Shown here: one piece after another, positions 51,201 to 58,340 of the stretch
Position numbering within the stretch: the stretch's first letter is position 1
Layout of the letters: each line of letters opens with the position of its first letter
Assembly: GCF_947504105.1 (NCBI RefSeq)
Contig: NZ_CANNGP010000006.1
Span: 30,399-94,398, forward strand
Source: an uncultured Tateyamaria sp.
GTDB taxonomy: Bacteria; Pseudomonadota; Alphaproteobacteria; Rhodobacterales; Rhodobacteraceae
Reading direction: 5' to 3'
DNA: 64,000 bases
Made by a program: the position numbers and the translations under genes
Notes under the pieces: model-generated
The model's database searches: none
What the model saw: only the letters and a program-made list of their open reading frames with translations
What the model was told of the DNA's origin: nothing

Positions 51201-52588
51201 AGCGGTGGTGCTGGCAGGGATTGCGCTTCTCGGGTGATCGACGTCGTTGTCAAGATCGCCGCCAGCGGCTCACCCGGGGGCGGGGCCACCGCAGGAGGCG
51301 CACGCCGCGCTGCTGTGATGGTCAGCGTCGCCTGCTTCGACGGTGCACTGGCATCGGTCGCAGTGATCGTGATGGTGCGTGTGCCGGTGGCGGGTGTTGT
51401 AACGTCATGTACGACGCCGGCTTGCGCGCCGCTGCCTTGGTCGACCGTTACGCTGTAGGGCGCGCGACCACCGCGCACATCAACCGCAAGTCGCGTGGCT
51501 TCAGGCAAGGCAGCTGTTGCAGCCCCCGGGCTTGTTCTTGTGATGCCGATGCCCTGCCGATCACTGGTGAAGAAATTCGCGCCTATGACAAGGTCACCGC
51601 TGCCCTGGTTGATCACCGCAACATCGAAGTCGCCCGTGACCCCATTCGAACCGCCAAGCCCGATCAACAGGTTTTCGACGCCGGCATTGACTGCAAAATC
51701 TTCGGCGCCGTTCGGGGCAAAGAAGATACGGATTTCGGGCAGGTAAAGTCCGGTCCACGCCTCATCAAACCCAAATTGCGACAGGATTTCGGGTGGCGTA
51801 TAGCCGTCTGACAGATCAAGGTACGCCGAGCGGAACCCGAACCCGACCACACGTCCCAGCCCGATAAAGGCATGGCTGGGCTCCATCGTGACAAGCTCTG
51901 CTGCCGCCAATGCGCCGGGGTCATCGAGGCCTGACGCACCAAGAGACACCAGGCAAACCTGCACCTGCGCGTTGGCGTCCGAGCCCTGGGTTAAGCGAAG
52001 CTTGATCTTGGGCAGGTGGAACACCACGTCCGTGCGCGTGGTATGTGGAATGAGCAACCCGTCTGGCCGCATCTCTGCCGGTTGCAGGAACGGTGGCCGC
52101 AACTCGATGCCCGCAAGGATCAGATCCAGCGTGAAGCCTGTATTCGGGTAGTCAGATGGCGGTGGGTCAATCGGCGGTGTGTCCAGTGCGTCAAGAATGT
52201 CGCGCAACGGTTGGAAATCTGCATCGCCACCCGGGACGGTCGCAACACCATTTGCAATGATTGTGCCCGCGACGCGCGGCACAGTCATCGAGAATTCAAC
52301 GCGGGTGTCGGTGATGTCGAGCCAGGGTTCGGACCTGTCGGGTTGGTTACGAGGGTGCCCTTCTGCATTGGCGGCACCAGCAGTCAGCGTGCCCGTCGAT
52401 GGATCAAAGCTGGGTAGATCAACATCACCGGAAAACCGCGCTACGCCGCGGACCACCGTCCCGCCGGGTCCTGCCGCGGTTTCATAACCTTCGACATAGA
52501 TGACTGACAGCACTGCGTGCCATGTGGTCGCCTCGCCCCGGAGAATGTAGGGTCTGAACAAATCCACCAAAGAAAGATCGAACGACAT
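45233..52588 (-). CDS. giant-operon protein A (2451 aa), unknown function; OmpA/MotB-like peptidoglycan-binding signature, Ig-like segment, Pro-rich linker, Gly/hydrophobic beta-rich core
   Basis: Uninterrupted 7.36 kb ORF. ATG 52588 with AGGAG 10 nt upstream. ITITGTASYDGDDGKAQYNWLLSQRRAEGLRALL at aa 588-621 matches the GhTD..G...YN..LS.RRA core of OmpA C-terminal-like domains. No signal peptide. Confidence 0.85.
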   Translation of the reverse strand: MSFDLSLVDLFRPYILRGEATTWHAVLSVIYVEGYETAAGPGGTVVRGVARFSGDVDLPSFDPSTGTLTAGAANAEGHPRNQPDRSEPWLDITDTRVEFSMTVPRVAGTIIANGVATVPGGDADFQPLRDILDALDTPPIDPPPSDYPNTGFTLDLILAGIELRPPFLQPAEMRPDGLLIPHTTRTDVVFHLPKIKLRLTQGSDANAQVQVCLVSLGASGLDDPGALAAAELVTMEPSHAFIGLGRVVGFGFRSAYLDLSDGYTPPEILSQFGFDEAWTGLYLPEIRIFFAPNGAEDFAVNAGVENLLIGLGGSNGVTGDFDVAVINQGSGDLVIGANFFTSDRQGIGITRTSPGAATAALPEATRLAVDVRGGRAPYSVTVDQGSGAQAGVVHDVTTPATGTRTITITATDASAPSKQATLTITAARRAPPAVAPPPGEPLAAILTTTSITREAQSLPAPPLVLLNDNRQAGTVRVSLAGATVPPNTEWVIDGGPASVGSSVDVDVSGGQSRTIEARTPDDNISSLTAYFRYDTPPKNDPLSYSKVAGNIRDDQALIADEDSDWRTTADPFDTAYADILSRINPRDITITGTASYDGDDGKAQYNWLLSQRRAEGLRALLNDRFNPDFTGVDEPSGASFPISWRENVWKTQGEPNRSQWWNAEITGFLVNLPGEVITGDVRRPDVPEPPPPPEVTDTPPSEPATPDWFRSARLKVRIIRNQFVALELSGQIDFQTGIEGALQRGGAGETPDDIRGVGNNPADGITDFLFLYQTDPASQTDEVKLYIGADPADKDGLVMTGQLPGQALEPKNFGRDLLGMTTIFTPLLSEIAPANPADGGVAPIVASAAVIGVATGLASAGFFNIERVILFGGEGAFRRQGDRWQMSFLFDVETAVSVNIAFGGGDPLLEIPRDTPLAVRYKAIGLSFGEPPGGGGKFEFRPVFDSSKGYSIDVSGPGAIRVADPLGQILQVLGARIARTNPLSFEIDLGFAIDLGVVSVDRARVRMPIDPLGAPELTAFGAGLKVPGVLEGSGYMEFNDGAEGTEIKGGIDVRLIPVKMRIAAQIAVAQISEASGGPATGVAVALEVELPVAIPLAQSGFGIYGFVGLFAMHYARDEDGITSLTPALEWLKNRANGDPTNLQAWKTNVDSWAFGVGITLGTMGSPIIFNVKGMFMLELPGPRVLLVVKANLLAVLPALKDKNAEGTFLCVIDLDFGRGTLTIGISIDFTIDPLVEIKIPIEAFFNLKDGKFWHIYLGSFEGSDLQGNPLPGPIRASILGAFDGSGYVMFSGHGIPSYQPPGNNLPALSQVNGFGIAAGLEVSIIWGNTSINLYLKVTAGFNAIIGFQPFYVGGLLYLRGELKLFIISLSASAALSAQVGERADGTQVSRIDGEVCGELDLFFFSIKGCVDFHIGEDSKILPPPPDLFAGAVLVSRTPALAEGTGVDRGIDSKIGDMPRGDSQPADSEMPVVPIDAIPVLSLAMPALDGGIMPLGDAPGGSTGAPAGGFIGRGDFAYCYTMTDVTLERVGSADAVMPGNTPSTWWTLEPPDGENLTTHLSLLNWTPNPAPKALERSEILEETIRERWGRVCNPAAPAAPVLWTFSNERLGPSPSGWDLTGIAWPDPEDATRSADADRALHVHETWRSGDPSLDQLRGIVPAVVEGGLVDCAPEFQDDVPPTRGFVGRDITGRPLDLTIDTGRLRNLSDALDPAELDLNTGITTRRLNPALSLGAGTLNRGATSDGDVATATLTGRTRRLAERALVDRAVIGSFGSAATVDTLTAERLDLGEAARRVAQGISITRSTLLSVTNGPATHATHVPGGPQVDEPQCPGRVLASPFWDTGEPVIFGDVSRAGEVADRLSEMGVKHGPLSDVIEVDSGAILAGHVLMWVNRGLLNDDQGTGRGLMIHFLDDGGNVLDVRPVRVSDLLSVTSVPPRWADVNGPWFEDVYHTVLYGQSRLSPRQPVCVKLEPPEGTDRFRIGVLYLDEKQASRFEQQGRPFYVGAIELTRLSEAEREEYDTTEIQKDRDAIEEFLGPQSADVALLFPDSVYRVTCRSDVRIRDDEGAESDAAEQTAEFWFRTDAEAPKRLDPWILCTLPAEGEAHVFGLDAPRVVFATNAVDQLFAAYGKELRVRLKAASFKQVDEPGLPHPVPIDAGTLENVQAHVLSPFEAVLQDVITETGPCVPVDGERVRHSMVKLPIPLDPYTDYVMNIESVDIGADAGTVGDRVYRLNFSTGQFGLTEDFARDVQATVTEHRFVEAGMLQAIGNNPRFAGRALDGIVPGQTLLTTMGPELDEELIGAGLEPMDVPGAARVIVFWEQANPAADPQPAAIILDASEPMHRTRPLPQEVTEEDPDGIATTRWKLEATPWLSIAESASSDDLVDKILFSPGTQRALITLKPGARGQSLRLNMVRKAFAEPYLDEGFASDVEIEIVATDLTRAPWEED

Positions 52589-52653
52589 GAGTCAAAGACT
52601 CCTGCAAAATATATTTGCGAAAAAGCGGCGACAAAAGAAATAAAACTAGAAAA

Positions 52654-52682
52654 ATTCAACCATTGATGGGAATTTCTGTCAA
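52654..52682 (-). promoter_or_regulatory. sigma-70-like promoter candidate for the giant operon
   Basis: The minus strand reads TTGACA (52682-52677), N17, TTGAAT (52659-52654). It sits inside a 35%-GC segment about 65 nt upstream of the ORF A ATG. Confidence 0.3.
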
Positions 52683-53109
52683 ACACGATAAGCGTAATTC
52701 CGCCTGCATCAATAGCTCCGTTGACTTGTTCACCGGTGACCACGCACGGAAATTGGTTCCTTTAGAAACGGTTTCAGCACGGCTGCCGCCATCTCAGGTT
52801 TCTTGAGAGCGTTATTAGATGAAAGTGGCTATTTTATAATGACTTAGTCATAGCCCGCCGGTGCGTCGTCAGATGGTATAAAGTGCCACAAAGCCCATGA
52901 TTGCGAGCTGCATCTTTGTAAAGATCGTAACCCATAGCAGCAGGCTTGTTCGCCTCTACATACCGCCGGGATGCTCTGTGTAAACTTCTACAAAGTGTCT
53001 CTTCAGTATTTCCGCCCGCACATCCCAGCTCACGATTTACGTGTGAAGCGATCATATGAAGCATGTCGTTGCGTATGCTCCGTCTTGCAGCAGTGCAACA
53101 GCTCTTGCG

Positions 53110-53841
53110 CTAACTCTTCAGCATTGCAATTGCCGCCCGAATGGAGTCAGCCAAAGCGGGTTTGACCCGGTCATACCGTGAGCTTGGAACCGGAACAGAC
53201 ACAGCAAAGATATCGCCGACCTGATCCGCCACTGCAAACCCCATCGCGCAAATTCCATCGGTGTGTTCGTTCTCGTCACAGGCCAGATCACCCGCCCGGA
53301 TTGCGTCAATCCCATCCACAATGTCGGACAAGGGTGGCGCGTAAGGACCACGTGAACGATGTTCAGCCCGGATCAGAGAGAGTGCCCGCTCAGGTCGCAT
53401 GCAAGCCAAAGCGGCCCGCCCGTTTGCCGTCGTGGTTAGGGGAAAGTGTTCTCCGATCCGCGACACCGTGCGCAGGCGATGGCTGCCTTCTATCTGATCA
53501 ACAAACAACATCTGAGCCCCCTCCAGAGTGGCCAGATCAACAGTCTCACCCGTTTCATCCGACAGCCGCTCCATTATAGGACGCAAACGGGCACGCATGT
53601 CCGATGATACTGCGTGGGCGAGGCTTTGAATCTCGCGCCCGAGCCTGATTCCTCCATCCCCCCGTTCGGTGGAAACAAACCCTTCGGCCACAAGCGCTGC
53701 AACGATGCGCTGTACCGTAGAGCGGGGCAGTTGGGCCCCTTTCGCAATCTGGCCGAGGCTTAACCCGTCTGTCTCACGACCTAACAAACGCAGGATTTCG
53801 GCAGCCCGGGAAATTACCTGAATACCTTGATTTTTTGACAT
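53110..53841 (-). CDS. IclR family transcriptional regulator
   Basis: 243 aa. N-terminal wHTH (VISRAAEILRLLGRETDGLSLGQIAKGAQLPRSTVQRIVAALVAEGFV) plus a C-terminal IclR effector domain. Divergent from the catabolic operon. Confidence 0.8.
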   Translation of the reverse strand: MSKNQGIQVISRAAEILRLLGRETDGLSLGQIAKGAQLPRSTVQRIVAALVAEGFVSTERGDGGIRLGREIQSLAHAVSSDMRARLRPIMERLSDETGETVDLATLEGAQMLFVDQIEGSHRLRTVSRIGEHFPLTTTANGRAALACMRPERALSLIRAEHRSRGPYAPPLSDIVDGIDAIRAGDLACDENEHTDGICAMGFAVADQVGDIFAVSVPVPSSRYDRVKPALADSIRAAIAMLKS

Positions 53842-53997
53842 TTTTTAGTGCCCCAACGCTAAAATATGCGCTGCATTTACCGGCTCAGAAGTACCGAAAT
53901 ATTTGCAGCTCGTGAGTACGCCAATCAAACATTGACCGGTATACGGTACATACGCACCATAATACGGGACAGCAACACAAAGCTTTGGGAGGAGCCG

Positions 53998-54837
53998 ATG
54001 GTCGTAAATATTCGCGGGATCGATTTCCAGGAAAACGAAAATAACGACATGGGGCTCGATTTCGTGAACCTCAGCCACCGCTACGGCTTTCAGTGCCCGA
54101 ACTGGCCCTATTTCAAAGACGTTCAGATCGATCGCAAGCATTACATGGCGAAGTCCGGTGTATTGAGCCAGACGATCACAACAACAATGCACGTCACCAC
54201 TCACATCGACGCGCCCGCCCACGTGGTTCAGGGGACGCCCTTCATCGACGAAGTGCCATTGCCACACTTCTTTGGGTCCGGCCTGGTTGTCAGTATTCCG
54301 AAGAAAAAGTGGGAACAGATCACCGGTGATGATCTGGAAAAAGCTTGTGGGCATGCGATCCGTAAAAACGATGTCCTCATCATCAATACCGGCTGGCACA
54401 AGCAGTATGAAGACGGTGACTACTTTGCCTATTGTCCCGGGCTGGTTCCGTCGGCCGCCGACTGGATGGTCGAAAAAGGGGTCAAGGTTGTGGGTCACGA
54501 CACGCAAGCCAACGACCACCCGCTGGCGACCGCGATCGGACCGCAGCGCAATGGGCCTATCCTGCCGCATCTTGAGCAGGAATATCTCGAATGGTCTGGC
54601 GGTACACCATGGGAGGTCGACTTCCCTGAATGGGAACCCGTGCACCAAAAGCTGTTTACCAACGGGATTCTTGGAATTGAGAATGTCGGCGGTGATCTGG
54701 ACCGCGTAACTGGCAAGCGGGTCACCTTTGCGTTCTTCCCCTGGAATTGGGACCGCGGCGACGGTTGCATCATCCGGCTCGTGGCCATGATGGACAAATC
54801 CCAAGGCTACCGGATCGAAGCAGGCGAGGACTTTTGA
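53998..54837 (+). CDS. cyclase family protein (kynurenine formamidase-like metal hydrolase)
   Basis: Start re-picked at ATG 53998 (GGGAGGAG RBS). MHVTTHIDAPAHV matches the HxGTHxDxPxH cyclase-family motif. Confidence 0.7.
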   Translation: MVVNIRGIDFQENENNDMGLDFVNLSHRYGFQCPNWPYFKDVQIDRKHYMAKSGVLSQTITTTMHVTTHIDAPAHVVQGTPFIDEVPLPHFFGSGLVVSIPKKKWEQITGDDLEKACGHAIRKNDVLIINTGWHKQYEDGDYFAYCPGLVPSAADWMVEKGVKVVGHDTQANDHPLATAIGPQRNGPILPHLEQEYLEWSGGTPWEVDFPEWEPVHQKLFTNGILGIENVGGDLDRVTGKRVTFAFFPWNWDRGDGCIIRLVAMMDKSQGYRIEAGEDF

Positions 54838-55187
54838 TGTTGCTCAAGCGTTTCGCTGATGCCCAGCCTTATGACGCCCCGAACCATTGGGGTGTCGCGG
54901 GCCTGCGCCTGCAAGGGTTTGAAGACAACGGGCCGGAAAATCAATGGATCGGGTTCTCACAGTTCCTGCCAGGCGGTGGTGCGGGTCCGGATGCAACGCC
55001 TTTTGAGAAGGTTTACGTTGTGCTTGAAGGCGAAATGACCGTGACCATCGATGGCACAGACACGGTTCTGCGCGCGATGGACAGTTGCACCATTCCACCA
55101 GGCGAAGTTCGCAAGATCGCGAACCACAGTAATCATGTCTGCAAGATGCTTGTCGTGATCCCATACCCCGATGGAGTTCGGCCATGA
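54837..55187 (+). CDS. cupin domain protein
   Basis: 116 aa. ATG 54837 overlaps the upstream TGA by 1 nt. Single cupin barrel (KVYVVLEGEMTVTIDG...). Confidence 0.6.
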   Translation: MLLKRFADAQPYDAPNHWGVAGLRLQGFEDNGPENQWIGFSQFLPGGGAGPDATPFEKVYVVLEGEMTVTIDGTDTVLRAMDSCTIPPGEVRKIANHSNHVCKMLVVIPYPDGVRP

Positions 55188-55969
55188 GCCTCGACAACCC
55201 GCTGTCCTTTTTTGATGTTTCCGGCAAGGTCGCCCTGATTACCGGTGCTTCAGGTGCGTTTGGTGCGGTTGCTGCGCGCTGTCTTTCGGGCGCAGGCGCA
55301 AAGGTTGTCCTCGCCGCTGGAAATGCCGACGCCATGGCTGAGGTCGCAGCCACCTGCAAGGGCAAGACGCACCAGATCAACGCACGGCCCGACGGCGAAG
55401 AAGCCAGCGCCGCGCTTGTCGCGGAAACCGTAGAAACGTACGGACGCCTCGACATCCTCGTCGTTGCATCAGGCATGAACAAGGTTGCCAAGATCGGTGA
55501 CATGGAACCCGCAACATTCGAGGGGGTTATGGATGCCAACGTCACCCAAAGCTGGTTGATGGCCCGCACGGCAAGTGCCCAGATGCAGGCCCAGGGTGAT
55601 GGCGGAAAGATTGTCCTCATGTCCTCGGCCCGTGGCCTTTTGGGTCACCCTGCAGGCTACACCGCGTACTGCGCATCAAAGGCAGCAGTCGACGGGATCA
55701 CCAAGGCGCTTGGCTGCGAATTGGGTCCAACAGGCATCACGGTAAACGCCATCGCGCCAACCGTCTTCCGATCCCCGCTGACCGCCTGGATGTTCGAGGA
55801 TACGGACGAGGCCAAAACCGTGCGCGACGGTTTTCTAACCCGTGTGCCCAAGGGCCGACTGGGCGAGCCCGAGGATCTCGCGGGCCCTCTCTTGTTCCTG
55901 TCTTCGCCCGCGTCGGACTTCTACACCGGGCATATTCTGTATGCCGACGGCGGCTATACGGCGGGCTGA
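55184..55969 (+). CDS. SDR family oxidoreductase
   Basis: 261 aa. TGASGAFG cofactor motif, catalytic YCASK, and ATGA overlap with the upstream gene. Confidence 0.85.
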   Translation: MSLDNPLSFFDVSGKVALITGASGAFGAVAARCLSGAGAKVVLAAGNADAMAEVAATCKGKTHQINARPDGEEASAALVAETVETYGRLDILVVASGMNKVAKIGDMEPATFEGVMDANVTQSWLMARTASAQMQAQGDGGKIVLMSSARGLLGHPAGYTAYCASKAAVDGITKALGCELGPTGITVNAIAPTVFRSPLTAWMFEDTDEAKTVRDGFLTRVPKGRLGEPEDLAGPLLFLSSPASDFYTGHILYADGGYTAG

Positions 55970-55972
55970 TAC

Positions 55973-56911
55973 ATGGACAAGAACCAGCAAATCGCAGTAA
56001 TTGGGGGAGGGCTGATGGGCCATGGTATTGCCCTGACCTTTGCCCGTGCTGGTCATTACGTGGCAGTGTCCGATCCGGTCCCCGAGGTATTGCAAAGCTT
56101 GCCTCACCGGGTGTCCGACAGCCTGCGCCTCCTGGACGCCTCCGAACAAGATATTGCACACACGTTGAAACGGATCGAGCTGTGCGACGGGATCAAGGCG
56201 GCCGTGAGCGATGCGGATGTCGTCTTCGAAGCCGCACCAGAAAAGCTGGAGTTGAAACGGTCGATCTTTGCAGACGTTGAAACACACGCCCCAGACCACG
56301 CCATTCTCGCCTCGAACACGTCTGTCATCCAGATCACCAAGATCATGGGAGGGCTCACGCTGCGCCAACGCGCGCTCGGAACCCATTGGTGGAACCCTCC
56401 CCACATGATCCCGCTGGTCGAGGTGATAAAAACGGAATGGACTGCTCCGGACACTGCCAACAAGATGGTTGATCTACTGGCCGACGCAGGCAAAACCCCT
56501 GCCCTTGTGGAAAAAGACGTTCCCGGCTTTATCGGCAACCGCCTTCAACACGCGCTGTGGCGTGAAGCAATCAGTCTGGTCGAAAATGGTATCTGTTCGG
56601 CCAAGGCCGTGGATGACGTGGTGAAGGCCAGCTTTGGCCGCCGTCTGGCTGTTCTTGGGCCGATGGAAAACGCCGATCTCGTCGGGTTAGCTCTAACCCG
56701 AGACATACACAGTCAAGTTCTGTTCGACCTCGATGCTCGTCCGGCTCCGTCCCCGCTGCTGCAATCGCTGCTGGATGACGGGCGAACGGGCATGGCAGCG
56801 GGCCACGGCCTTCGTGAATGGGCCGAGGGCGATCTTGAACGAACAAAAGCGCGCATCGCACATCATCTGGGCGCGCTTGAAGGGATACTGGAGAACGAGG
56901 CCAAAACATAA
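55973..56911 (+). CDS. 3-hydroxyacyl-CoA dehydrogenase family NAD-binding protein
   Basis: 312 aa. Rossmann IAVIGGGLMGHGIA, and the HWWNPPHMIPLVEV segment typical of HCDH/carnitine-dehydrogenase-like enzymes. Confidence 0.75.
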   Translation: MDKNQQIAVIGGGLMGHGIALTFARAGHYVAVSDPVPEVLQSLPHRVSDSLRLLDASEQDIAHTLKRIELCDGIKAAVSDADVVFEAAPEKLELKRSIFADVETHAPDHAILASNTSVIQITKIMGGLTLRQRALGTHWWNPPHMIPLVEVIKTEWTAPDTANKMVDLLADAGKTPALVEKDVPGFIGNRLQHALWREAISLVENGICSAKAVDDVVKASFGRRLAVLGPMENADLVGLALTRDIHSQVLFDLDARPAPSPLLQSLLDDGRTGMAAGHGLREWAEGDLERTKARIAHHLGALEGILENEAKT

Positions 56912-57060
56912 CACGATGTTATAAGTAGCCATTCAAATCGGATCAGGATCATCTTTTGCATGTGATAGGTCTGAAGAACAAGACCGCGCCAAGCCATTTC
57001 AAAAATGGCCCGCGTGACCGGATCGGCCAAGAACCGAACCACATCTTTGGGAGGAGAAAC

Positions 57061-58332
57061 ATGAAAACCGATATCACACGCCGCCGTATACTGGCAGGGC
57101 TGGGCGCAACCGTCGCCGCCCCCGCGATCCTGCGCGCCACACGCGCTTATGCCGCCAATCCCACGATCAAGGTGGGTTTCGTCACCCCGTCGACCGGCCC
57201 CCTCGCGGGCTTTGCCGAAGCTGATGACTACATCCTAGAAGGCCTGCGCGCTCATTTCGCGGGCGGCATCACCAACAATGGCAAGACTTACAATATCGAG
57301 ATCATCAAGAAAGATAGCCAATCAAACCCCAACCGTGCTGCCGAAGTGGCCGCTGAGCTGATCCTGTCGGACGAAGTTGACATTATCACGGCCGCCGCCA
57401 CGCCCGATACCACGAACCCCGTCGCCGATCAGGCGGAAATCAACGAAGTACCCTGCATCACCACCGACGCACCGTGGCAGCCTTATTTTTTTGGCCGTGG
57501 CGGCAACCCGGCCGAAGGCTTCCAATACACCTATCACTTCTTTTGGGGGCTCGAGGATATCATTGCAAACTTTACCAGCCTCTGGGAAGGAAGCGGGGTC
57601 GCCAAGAAGGTTGGCGGACTTTTCCCGAACGACGCGGATGGCAACGCTTGGGGTGACGCCGATCTTGGTTTGCCCAAGCCGCTGGCGGCTCAAGGATTTG
57701 AGCTGATCGATCCGGGCCGGTTCCAACCGTTGACCGACGATTTTTCGAACTACATCTCGGCCTTCAAAGATGCGGGCTGCGAGATCATTACGGGCGTCAT
57801 GATCCCACCGGATTTTGGCACTTTCTGGTCACAAGCCGCACAACAGGGTTTCAACCCCAAGGTCGCAACCATCGGAAAGGCCTTGCTCTTCCCGTCCGCC
57901 ATTGAAGCGCTTGGCGACCGCGGTGCGGGCCTGACAACCGAGATATGGTGGTCCCCGAACCACCCATTCAAGTCCTCGCTGACAGGCACATCTGCAGGTG
58001 ACCTTGCCAACGGCTTCACTGCTGCCACCGGTCGCCCGTGGACCCAACCGATCGGGTTCAAGCATGCGCTCTTCGAAGTGGTGGCGGACGTCATTTCCCG
58101 ATCCGACGATCTGGACGATTTCGAGGCAAACGCCACGGCAATCCAGAGCACCAACATCTCGACCATCGTAGGCGATGTGAACTGGGCCAATGGTCCAGTA
58201 CCCAACGTGTCCAAGACACCGCTTGTGTCCGGACAGTGGCAAAAGGACGGAGATGGCGTCGAACTGGTCATCACGAACAACAGCCATGCGCCGCAGATCC
58301 CGGTGGGTGGCGACCTGCAACTGTTGAGTTAG
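57061..58332 (+). CDS. ABC transporter substrate-binding protein (Leu/Ile/Val-binding-protein-like), Tat signal
   Basis: Start re-picked at ATG 57061 (GGGAGGAG RBS). Twin-arginine signal MKTDITRRRILAGLGATVAAPAILRA. Confidence 0.8.
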   Translation: MKTDITRRRILAGLGATVAAPAILRATRAYAANPTIKVGFVTPSTGPLAGFAEADDYILEGLRAHFAGGITNNGKTYNIEIIKKDSQSNPNRAAEVAAELILSDEVDIITAAATPDTTNPVADQAEINEVPCITTDAPWQPYFFGRGGNPAEGFQYTYHFFWGLEDIIANFTSLWEGSGVAKKVGGLFPNDADGNAWGDADLGLPKPLAAQGFELIDPGRFQPLTDDFSNYISAFKDAGCEIITGVMIPPDFGTFWSQAAQQGFNPKVATIGKALLFPSAIEALGDRGAGLTTEIWWSPNHPFKSSLTGTSAGDLANGFTAATGRPWTQPIGFKHALFEVVADVISRSDDLDDFEANATAIQSTNISTIVGDVNWANGPVPNVSKTPLVSGQWQKDGDGVELVITNNSHAPQIPVGGDLQLLS

Positions 58333-58340
58333 GGCGCAGC

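Noticed and set aside
38154-52588. Interpretation of the three giant ORFs as an ABC-type Tc toxin complex (TcA about 2500 aa, TcB about 1500 aa, TcC about 1000 aa), based on size order.
   Set aside because: I saw no RHS/YD repeats (YDxxGR), no SpvB-like N-terminus in the middle protein, and no RHS core-tip motif (PxxxxDPxGL) in the third. The size similarity alone is not evidence. I keep it only as an analogy.
52834-53064. A 76-aa minus-strand ORF (MLHMIASHVNRELGCAGGNTEE...) in the AT-rich spacer, considered as a possible small regulator of the giant operon.
   Set aside because: There is no convincing RBS at proper spacing, the composition is odd and Cys/His/Arg-rich, and there is no HTH pattern. 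It overlaps an equally implausible plus-strand ORF. I treat it as non-coding unless expression data say otherwise.
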